Part shown: positions 51,501-61,613 of the stretch, piece by piece | Numbering within the stretch: the stretch's first letter is position 1 | How the letters are laid out: every line of letters begins with the position of its first letter | Assembly: GCA_030141605.1 (NCBI GenBank) | Contig: JAQGDQ010000229.1 | Location: forward strand, 294,743 to 358,742 | Reading direction: 5' to 3' | DNA: 64,000 nucleotides | DNA from: Tubiluchus corallicola | Taxonomy: Eukaryota > Animalia > Priapulida | Program-made: the position numbers and the translations under genes | Notes under the pieces: generated by a model | The model's input: only the letters and a program-made list of their open reading frames with translations | Told to the model about the DNA's origin: nothing | The model's database searches: none

Positions 51501-54500
51501 ATCCGAAGCAGTACGCCTGTGTTGCCGTGAACTACCACCAGGTGAAGAAGTTACTTTTGCAGGAGATGTAGGCTTTTCAGATAACTGTACGTTTCCACCT
51601 GCGTTAGAAACTTGGGAAATTAAGTTTGTGTTTTCCACAGAGAAACAGGCACCATCTCGCGCAGCAATCGGCAACCCAGAAAAGTTTGTCTTAATGTAGC
51701 CTGCAAACAAGTAATCACAAAAAATAAAGTTTTAAGTTTTTATTTTTTTAGTTACAAAGTTTGAAATGCTAGCTTAAAAAGGGTTTAAAAAGGACTGGTG
51801 CATAATTGAAAAAAGCAAGAAAACATTTATAATTTAATATTAGCTTCCAGGATCGAGGTATTCTGATGAGAATGATGTAAGAGATAAAAAATATCTCATA
51901 TTCATGACTAGATAAAAAAAGTAGTTATATTCTAGAAGATATGCAGAATTTCTTCGCTTAGCAATAAGATTTATTGTGCAATACGGAAACATAAATTAGT
52001 CAAATTTGTGAGTTGTTTTTGCAGTATTTGCAATTTTGCACTATTTAAAACAACTTAGCTATACTAGTAGTAGTACTTTATTGACTGTAAAAATGAATTA
52101 TAAGGGGAACAATTTTACAGTCTAATATGGTATGATAAGCAAATACAGTTTATCAAACAAACTAACAGAAACTAGACTTGTGTGTATGTCAACTTTGCAG
52201 CAACACAAATGTCTAATAGTCTTTGCTACCAGCTCTAGACTATAAATAAATAAATTTGATAAACAACTAATATTTAAATTAGGATAATACTGATGTACAT
52301 TCTTGGTATTAATACAAATGAAATGATATTCGATTTGCTTGGAAATTTTGAAAACTTGGCAGTGGGCAGAAGGGCTGTGACTGTCGTGAAGATGAAATTA
52401 TACCTAATAGTAAACATTTGTCATCAAAATCAAAATTTTGTCAATTTACAATGGTTCTGCCAGTGATCTCTTATATGTAAAACAGAAAGCCCCACAGTCA
52501 GGTCCAGGGATCAAATCTCCCATTGTCATGAAAAACCAGCAAGACATTTTTGAGCAAAATTGAGTTACTAGTATCACGGCATTCCTGGTACAATGCTACA
52601 TCTTACCACCAAATGATTTAATGATCTGAAATTTATTGAGTGAGTTACTGACAAACATAAAAATACTAAGTCCATTTTTAAACATTAAAAAAGTAAGTCC
52701 ACGGAAGGTGGTTGAATAGCTTAAGTAGGTGATCAACTAGGTAAGCTATTCAACCTTTTTACCAGTTGAAACAGAAATCAGTGACTTAAACTGAAAAAAT
52801 CAGAAAAAGCATTTAAATTTTTTTTTGGTATATCAGTTTTGTTATTACTCCTTTACAATGAAACACGCAATTTTGTTGTTTCCCAAACTTCCATGCCCAT
52901 GCAGGCAGAGTTAAACAGGGTTTGATTGACAACATCAGTCTCACTAGTAAATACATTTGATTAAAAATAACTTTAAATATTTATTCTTTTTTTTTACAAA
53001 ATGTAAGCCGCCTTTTAATGAGTATTTATTCCGAATTTTAAGGTAACCCAATAAACAATTGCTTCTTAGCAAAAAAACCAGTTTTCCCATTTCTCTCCAA
53101 ACTAGCTGAAGTGGATTTACTAGGCATTTCCAGAAAGCAGGAAAAATGTTTACCATTTATTTTATTTCCGATGGTTGTATCACAATGTATGTAAAAAACA
53201 CACCCAAAGGTAACATTTCATACCATCCCAAGTAGCATTTAATAGTAATCGAGGTAACTTTATCATTGTCACCTTGTCATTTCTACATGTTTAACAAACA
53301 TATCCTTATTATTTAGGTGAACAATTTGTCCCTAAAGACTTCAAAAAATTATTAACCTAATTTGCAAGAAAAATAGTTAATGCTTATCATTAGATAAATC
53401 ATCAGACAAGTTTCAGCAGAATGAGTGATACTAGAACTATATTTATTATACATCTTTATCTTGCAATTGATTTTGAAGTGAGTCTACAGTAAAGATTCAC
53501 AAACAATGGCGTTCATAAAGAAACGAATAAATAAAACACTTACCTGCCATTTGATCAAGTGGAAGGACATATTGTAAAGAGGGATTGTTATTCTGAGGTG
53601 CTGGTAAAGAGTTTTTATGAAGCGCATGATTGTTGTCATTGGACTCTTCATCATTTATGTTCTGTCCATCGCAAGGCGCTCGCTCAGAAGGAATATCAGT
53701 GTCCTTTGGTAGATGCAAATCCCTGTGCAATAAAACGATCCATGAAATGAAGACGAGTTTCTAACATTGCATGAAACAGTGTGAAAAGCACTGAAAATTG
53801 TCTGTCGTGCAAAATTAGCATTTTTAGAAAGACAAGTAAAATGCAAATTAAGATGTCTACAATGTAAACATTTTGTTGTTTTATATGAAAAAAGATACAA
53901 GAAAACTATACAAGACATTGACGATACTAACTTTTTCTTTCAAATTTATAAAATCAATAACGTTGGTACAAAATAGTCAATATCTAATAATTTAATTAAT
54001 AATTAACATTTAATAATCAAGATTCAAATTATAAAGTTATCCTTAGGAACAATTATTGATAATACATAATTTATAGCTGAATCAAAACAACTATGTGGTG
54101 ACTGGTGAAATTGTTTGAATTGGAATCAGTTAGATGCAGCATTAACTAACACAGTCAGCAAATGCTCAGTTATGTACTATGAACATTTTGAAAACCTCGC
54201 ATCAAAATTAACTTCCTGCATTTTTATCTAATTAAAGCTGTGCTCTCACTCAAGAGTTTGAACAAAAACTGTAAAAGACACAGTTAGAAACATTAGAAAA
54301 TTATGGCTAGCACACCTATTTATGAAAGTGATCGGATCCCCCGTATGAGCATCCCAGACACATATCTGTCCAGCTAGACATACACTAGCTATCACAGTGC
54401 CTCCTGTGGTCAGATGGTCAACCTCATGCGTATGGCCTAACAACTTGATAGGAATACATTCCAATAACTAAAAAAAATATGTGTATATGTGTATAAGACC

Positions 54501-57500
54501 ATTTGAAATTACATTTGATAAGTTATATATGGACTGGTATGTGAGCTGTAAAGATGAAAGTTATGGCCTAAAACAAACATTGAACTATTAGCAGAAATTT
54601 ACTATTATAGTAAACACAAAGGACAAAGGAGAATGGCATAAATCACAAATGATTAGTCCAAACTAAAACAAAAATTACGTACTTCTAAAAGGAGTCATAT
54701 TACTGAACAGCGCACTTAAGAACCTACTTGAATATGATAGGGGAAAGATCTTCTGCGGCCCTTGCGTGGCCAAGAGCTTCTCCATTTTGCGTAGTTTCTT
54801 GAACACATGCACCTAAAAATCACAATGCAGGTTACGAAATACTTGTACAGTGTCCAATATATTACATAATTGTAATGGAAATCATTGAAAATTGCCACAA
54901 CATACAGGCTAGCAGGCAATTCATAGTAAATCACCACTCAGCTGTCCAGAACATCAACATAATTACTGTTATCTTAGACCCAAGTAAAACTTTTTTCTTT
55001 AAACTCAAACTCAAGCTGCTTGGTGAAATTGGTGATAATTGGTGAAACAGAATTTGCTTATTTGACAGAACTTGCAGTCAAAAGGGTAGTAACAGTTTGT
55101 ATAGTAGTCCGAGTAATACAATTTTTAAGGGACCAAATTATTTTCCTTTATTAAGCGTGTTTCTTACTGTTTTACTGGGATTTCACTGCATACATACCCA
55201 GCAGGGCCTTCTTTCACAAACAGCACATTACTTTATAGAAAAGGAAAATTGAGTGCAGTGTCTAATTCACCAAACTAACCGACAGTAAAACTGCTACAAT
55301 AACAATAGCAATGTTAACATACAACTGAAGTAACTTACTTATAACACATAACAGTACAATATACAAAAAATATGAAGCTAGGCAATGCCAGCACCACTGC
55401 AATTGCTAGCTCCATAGATTCAGGCGTCAAGACAGTTTGATTGCCTATCTGTGCGAATTCGTTGATTCTCTGAATCCAAACTTCTCTTTCCTTTGGATGA
55501 CGCATACCAGTGGCCTCTTCAGACGGTACTAAACAAAAGGTATAATAAAAAAAGTTAACAGCATCAATGATTTATTGTACTTTCAAAGCAGGAATTATAA
55601 AACTAACAAATCAGACTTAATTTACACCGCCAAAAGTCCACGTTTATACTTGATTTCATGGTCGGTTTTGTGCAAATACTGCAAAATAGAATAGAGACCA
55701 GTTTTCATATAGCCTTTTCACCTCTGCAGTGTATGGTCACAACACTTGTTCTTATTCATAACATTGGAGAAATATCATGAGCTTACGTTCAAAACACTAA
55801 ACAGTGTTACGAACTTATGCTCAGAACACTAACAGTGTTATTAACATATGCTGATAACGATGTACAGTTTTATGAACCTACACTGATAACACTGTACAGT
55901 TTTATGAACCTACACTGATAACACTGTACAGTTTTACGAACATACACTGATAACACTGTACAGTTTTATAAACGTACGCTGATAACACTGTATACAGTTT
56001 TATGCAAGTACGCTGATGACACTGTACAGTTTTATGGATGTACGCTAATAACACTGCACAGTTTATGAACGTACACTGATAACACCGCACAGTTTTATGA
56101 ATGTACATTGATAACACTGTACAGTGCTATGAACATATGCTCAAAATATAGCGCTAATCTGCATTCAGTGACCCTTAACTGCAGTAAACAAAAATAATTT
56201 TCAAATCTGCAAACAAGTATTGCAGTCTCTAGCAGTCAAATGCGCAGATACTTACTCAACATGGACAGTGGAATAGATGGCAATATAGTGATGAAATGGC
56301 TATTCAAACTGATGTTATAATAACCAAAAAGTGTTGGAAAATGATTAAATGACAAACTCCTCCAAAGTTCTGTGTTTTCATAATGGACGCTGGCTGCTGT
56401 AACGTCAGATGGTATGCTGGATACATCAGTTTCGAGACCTAAAAAGAGAATTACTATAAACTCAAAGTATGTAAAAATATGCTTTTAATTGTAAACTAAA
56501 AAAAATAAAATTATAATTTATTTATTTATCCAGACAAGAGTTTTTGCCCTAAGAATGACAGACATCTGTTGAGGAAGTATTCCACTTATCCACTAGAGAT
56601 GACTACCTCTAATTGACATATAGAGTTGTATCACTCAAAATGCTAATACCAAAACGACATCTACTTACTTTTCTTACTATTAATTTCCTTATGCAAGCCA
56701 CCTGATGGCTTCATTTAATAAAACTAAAACACAAAACTGGAACAGCTAAAAAGTCTTCTATCTTGACAAAGGATAGTTTGGTTTCATGATGAGCCTAAGA
56801 ATATCTATTTGATTTAGCAATGTACTTTATAGATTACAAAAGCGAGTTCTCAACAGCAAGTTTGCCCTGAACAGGCTGGCAAACTTAGCATGCAGCCTTA
56901 TCCATTGTGCTGTAGACACAATCTCAAAAATGTCTCGCGGAAAAATACCTCCTTTAAAGCACACTTACCATTAAAAATTCCCCATACTCCGCCAGTGTTT
57001 GAAGACATATTCTCTATTGCAGGCTGAATTAACTGATTATACGTCGATTCAGGGACATATGATCTTAATGTCTTTTGACTACATTTCAATGCAACATACA
57101 CCAAGTGTACAATAACGCCGGTTCTGTGAAGTATTAGACCTATCCAAATGACTGTACATACCTGTCAAATGAAAATATTATCAATGTTAGCAAATAAACA
57201 AGAACATTCTTTAACTAAATAAATATAATAATTTTATTAACTAATAAACTCGTATTCTTCATCATTAACTATGTGTAATAATATTCTCGCACTAGCTAAT
57301 TGTATATATATATATACATATATTGTATATATATATATATCTGACACAAGGCCCTGTTAGGTCTTAGGCCCAAGAACAGGGCCTTGCGTCAGATATTTTT
57401 ACATAACAAAGACAAAACAATAAATTAATGTCAACATTTAGCAGAATACTAATATTTTTTGGAAGTGGTGATAAAGTTGGGTACATTTTTTGTTGGAAAA

Positions 57501-60500
57501 AGAAATGTACTCTAAAATAAATATAAGTCAGATACCTATAATGATTAAAATGTAACAAGCTATTATTAATCAAATGCCTGCAACTTCTTAGTCATTTTGT
57601 GGTTAGATAAATTCTTTCAAAAGATATGAAAATATAAGCAGTTAAATCAGAATATATAAATTTTAAGTGTTTGTTTAAAAACAAACCCATATTGTTGCTG
57701 TTGTTAAGCAACAGATTAAATTTTTTTTTGTAAATCAGTAATTAATAACAACATTACCTACTATAAATAAACTAAAAACATAAAGAAAGTAGTTTATACC
57801 ATCATTACTCTCTGCATCATTCGAGTTCGGGCCCAAAAGTATAGAAATTTTAGCCTTTTTGGCAGTTTTTCAAAAATAAGTGGGATTTCAAAGCCGCACT
57901 CTGCATCGGAAGGTGTTGGTGTCCGTGGACTGCTAGATACTGACGTATTTCTACTGCTGAGACTAGCTGCGGATGACTTCGGTCGAGACAACCTGTAACA
58001 TCAGTAAAATCACTGTGCAAAAATAATAACAAAAAAGCTGCAGAAAATGATTAACTTATTTGGGAAAATTAATACCAAATTAGCTGGCAACTAACGCTAT
58101 CTGTAGCAATTATGACTGTGATTGCCAGAATTTTTATAAACCATTGCAGTTTACTTTACCAATTATAATGGGTAATAATGACTTGTGAAAATAAAACTGC
58201 TTCATCTGAATATGGAACCCGCTCCTTCTGTGGACAAAAACTCAACAATTATGAATGCACAAACGACAGGCCAATCATTCGACAGTAATTAACTAAAATG
58301 GGGATGCTACGTTAGTGAGGCAATTCGCAATAACAGGCCATACTTGGGCAGGCAGTTAATTTGCTCTGCTTGTTACTACTTGTGGGGAATCATAGCAAAG
58401 TAGATATACACCGTAATGTGGAGACACTTCCCTGAATGGCTCATGACTGCTTGGATGCGACACTCACGCTATGTAGTATCGTTCATTATGCTTACCCGGT
58501 TGTTTACCTTGTACAGAGAAGTTGTATACTGCATATGTATTAAACATAACTACGACACCTCTGCCAGTTCAGTAGCTCATCTTAGCAGGGTACAAAGGAT
58601 AATAAGCCAAGGCTCCTATCATGCCACCAACGTTGTGTTGAGTTTCAGGTTTCAATAAAACTTACGTTACATGCTAATATAACATATTATTAGTTTTATT
58701 GCCATTGTCTAGTCAGCACATCATACCGACACATAACAGACATTATATCAAACAATTGATAACTGATACAAACTTAAATATGAACCGAGCAAGACTAACC
58801 TATTTGTGACGCCAAGTGCAACACAATACTACAGTGAATGCTGTATCAGATAGGCAATGAGCCAAAGTGTACAACTAGTCCCTTTACTTATAAAATTTGT
58901 TAGTTTAGAACTTTAGATTCTGACAAATAAGAGTACATAGCTGCAAAAGCATCATTTTGGCAAAGTGCCAGTAAAAACAAGCAGTTGACTAGCCTACCTT
59001 GCTGGTGATTCAAAGCAATCCATAACGGGACATCTCGACGAATTAGTGACAGGAAATGGCATGTCAACCATGGTCGCATCCCGGGCTTGCAGTAGCCGTT
59101 GCCGTTCCATCTCAGATACTTCTATCCTGCGAATGTCAATGGATAACACTGTGGTAAAGAAAAACAGCTGCAGGAAGAAATCTGATATCAGTCCGATGAC
59201 AGCAAACAAACAAAACTCCTGTATGGCTGGGACGAACGTGAAAAATCCAATGAACAAAATCAGTAACTCGGTGAGGAGATTCTTCGTGATTGACCACCCT
59301 TCACGACTCAGACCTTGAGCAATCCGCAACTTGACGTCCAAATCCACCGGCGTGGAAACAACACTCTTCGTCAGCACAAGGATATTCTCAAGACCCAAAA
59401 TCACAACAAGATAAGGGAAAATTTCACCTTTATTAACCGTAGGTGTGAGACCAAAATAAACGCAAACGGACAACGACATCAATAACGATGCAATGACAGT
59501 GCACACGGCGCTCACGGCGAGGCCCCATTTTGATTTCACCATCTCTATCTTCTTAACGGAAAAATAAATATAAAGTAATAGTATCACATAGGTAATAAGA
59601 AGATTCACATATTCAATAATACCCGGATGTTTCTTGTAATACAGATGAACAAATGTTGGGTCTTCAGTCCCATTCATGGAACTCAGAGGATAAGCAGCAA
59701 GCAGTTTAGCAGTTAGTGCATCAATGAACTTCTGGTTGTATTCTTTCAGTACAATAGTGATTGCAAAAGTAATTACGCGTTGCCGAGATCTCATGAAGAA
59801 TTTCTTCACACCCATATCTTTTCCAGCCACACCTAAGCACAAATAAAATTATACATTAATAAAATCTCAAAAAATCGAGTCTATTTACAATAAGGCAAGT
59901 AAACCATTAAGTAGTCAAAAAATGATATTAGCTATCACTTGTATTTATTCCAATAATAAATAATTCCTACAATTTTTTGGTGCCAAAAATGTCTCTATGG
60001 TAATTTTTCAGATTTTTTAACAGCACAATGTAATTTGCATTACCAGAATGCAACTCTATGGACTAACTATGTTTCAGATAGTCCATACAGTCTGACATAA
60101 TAAGTTAATTAAATTCTTAAAGCATTAAATATGTTAGGCTTTAATATAAAATCATATAAAAATAAATTTTACTAAGATTAATTATAAGTTAGTGTGAGTA
60201 CTTGAATTTAGTTCTGACAAAAAAGGAAAAAGAGAGAAAAATGGGAGTACACAGTAATAAACAAGTCAGCAAAAAAAGATGATGGTGAAGTCAATAGGTA
60301 AAAATGGCAAAAGGCAAAATCAAAATAACATAAAGACAAAAATAATCAATATGATGAACAATAAACCACATAAAAAGAATTTTTGAAATATAGTTCCGTT
60401 TTCTTGTGACAGTGACTGTGACGATGGCAATGATGACTACGAGAGCAAACGTAGTAATTACGGTGCTTATGATGATGCTATTGATGATTGTAGTGAAGAA

Positions 60501-60927
60501 ATACTTTAAATGATATAAGCTTGCTATTTTGTACTATATGTAACTTTGTAAACGTTACTTACAGCTGTCGAAGAGAGCAAAAGATGCTCAGCATATGAAA
60601 TGCAGAATCCTATGTTAATTAATTATGCTTTTAGATTATAATTAGTAGAACTCTATCCTCAGTGTGTTGTATTGCCTCAGCAAAATTGCTTGTTAAGCAA
60701 TGACAAAAAATAAATAAAGTTCTTTATTTCTATATTTGCCTAAAATTCACCTGCTCAGTATCTAGTATATAACATAATGTGAAAAACATTAGAAAAATGT
60801 CAAAAAGTGATAGGCAACTAATTAAATATGATAAATATGCACCTGACGCAATGTCCTTTATTGTTGGAGGACCAACGCTGTTCTTTTCTTTATAACTATA
60901 CATTGTTTTCACTATGTCGGGGTCAGC
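40937..60927 (-). CDS. SCAP: SREBP cleavage-activating protein (SCAP), 5'-partial: end of loop 1, sterol-sensing domain, loop 7, TM8, WD40 repeats
   Basis: 15 phase-consistent exons: 60843-60927, 58998-59832, 57800-57992, 56969-57161, 56256-56438, 55339-55528, 54728-54812, 54316-54467, 53544-53722, 51443-51700, 46646-46860, 45323-45482, 43879-44031, 41759-41985, 40937-41305 (1158 aa). Diagnostic motifs: [127 protein letters not shown]. Confidence 0.95.
42468..42504. repeat. (TA)n microsatellite
   Basis: Direct reading. Confidence 0.95.
43086..43565. mobile_element. Decayed Tc1/mariner (pogo/Tigger-like) MITE in SCAP intron
   Basis: Left end TA|cagtcaaacctcattataacacc; imperfect reverse match gtataaaaaggtttgatgca near 43546-43565. 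Confidence 0.4.
44548..45136. mobile_element. hAT non-autonomous DNA transposon with intact TIRs and 8-bp TSD
   Basis: TIRs tagggatgttaacgata / tatcgtttaacatccctg; perfect TSD tatgcaac at 44540-44547 and 45137-45144; subterminal tatcg repeats. Confidence 0.92.
48000..48310 (-). pseudogene. Decayed partial duplicate of the 3' part of the nested GT8 gene
   Basis: Minus strand reads [10 protein letters not shown]/(frameshift)[25 protein letters not shown] versus [40 protein letters not shown] in 48479-49657. Confidence 0.85.
48479..49657 (-). CDS. GT8-family glycosyltransferase, glucoside xylosyltransferase (GXYLT/Shams)-like, type II membrane protein, intronless, nested in SCAP intron
   Basis: 392-aa ORF: basic N-terminus plus TM anchor, [27 protein letters not shown] (DxD), [37 protein letters not shown]. 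Lies within SCAP intron 46861-51442. Confidence 0.88.
   Translation of the reverse strand: MKRRKVYYLIFVCAVFIFSLLFYYVILQRIKNSEMLRSNNAYSQNSVITLAADKVINTRTRIIRADDTSLSKVKFHMSVTACSKKTRISKEFYVLIKSSLMFTSELIHYHVFVDRKDTKHKLTKILHEFLTLKHFLFDFYKPWYPRSEKYKMWLNLGRRSCNTAWLFLPRVLPGVKRIVAVDLDTIIIKPLEQLWRHFDQMTETQMMGLAFDFPKPYEVFYEYQRMKTLTNISWASSLIKNGLGLNSGVVLLDLEKMRKSNWNTEIVRIFPDTRPSDQLTCNRYFHENPQRLYILPCLWNVWYGQAQSCPGIAILHGAVENFHNDTETPCNYSFAAIFNVYKNVPFNETNQNFVKKLLTLRRNSPEFTQGHNTCLWIIDFVISSLETNLIDK
49691..49932. repeat. ~88-bp tandem repeat, ~2.8 copies, immediately upstream of the GT8 ATG
   Basis: tata(c/t)gttagataagtgcatac...ggagtcaatggaaatgaatacg units start at 49691, 49781 and 49867. Confidence 0.9.
55781..56140. 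repeat. ~31-bp minisatellite, ~11 copies, in SCAP intron
   Basis: Consensus tacactgataacactgtacagttttatgaac, head-to-tail with no unique spacers. Confidence 0.92.
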
Positions 60928-61226
60928 CTAAAACACAGAAAATTTTTTACAGAAATTTATTAAACATGATAAAAACACCTAGTGCATTATATCACACTAT
61001 TATTGCAGCATGATACCTAAAGCAGTGAGACTACTAGTCTACTTAGATACTTAGACACACCACTTAGATAAAAACTTATATCTAATTCGCATATACATAC
61101 ACTTTATATCAGATATGCACTTTGTCTTAAAATTCTTTGTTTTTCACGCCTGGCACATTTTCTTCACATTATATCTAATATATAAGTCTATGTAACCGAG
61201 TTTCTCTAAAATAACTTAGCAGTGCG

Positions 61227-61251
61227 ATCTACAACAACTTTTAAAAAGACA

Positions 61252-61294
<43 letters not shown>

Positions 61295-61338
61295 AAAACA
61301 TACATACACACACGCGCACATGCACACGCACACGCACA

Positions 61339-61391
<53 letters not shown>

Positions 61392-61432
61392 GTAGGCATG
61401 TATTAGCTGTCTTTTTAAAAGTTGTTGTAGAT
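61227..61432. repeat. 26-bp perfect inverted repeat enclosing (TA)n and (CA)n microsatellites
   Basis: atctacaacaacttttaaaaagacag (61227-61252) and its exact reverse complement (61407-61432). Confidence 0.85.
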
Positions 61433-61613
61433 AATACTACTAAATTATTACTATTAAATCTATACAGAAAAACAATTGATGTTAAACAACTTTTGGCAAC
61501 CGTTTCATTTTTACACTTTCTCCGAGTTTTATAAAACAATATTTAGCTTCTTATGTCACATTGTGATTAACTGCATGTCTTGAAACATTTTGCACAGACA
61601 TACATTCTTGTAG

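Noticed and set aside
55781-56140. 31-bp repeats as a CRISPR array
   Set aside because: Units are contiguous with no unique spacers, lie in a spliceosomal intron, and no cas genes are present; it is a minisatellite.
58416-58658. 80-aa ORF present in both palindrome arms (also 62805-63047)
   Set aside because: Intronic, no recognisable motifs; its duplication simply reflects the inverted repeat.
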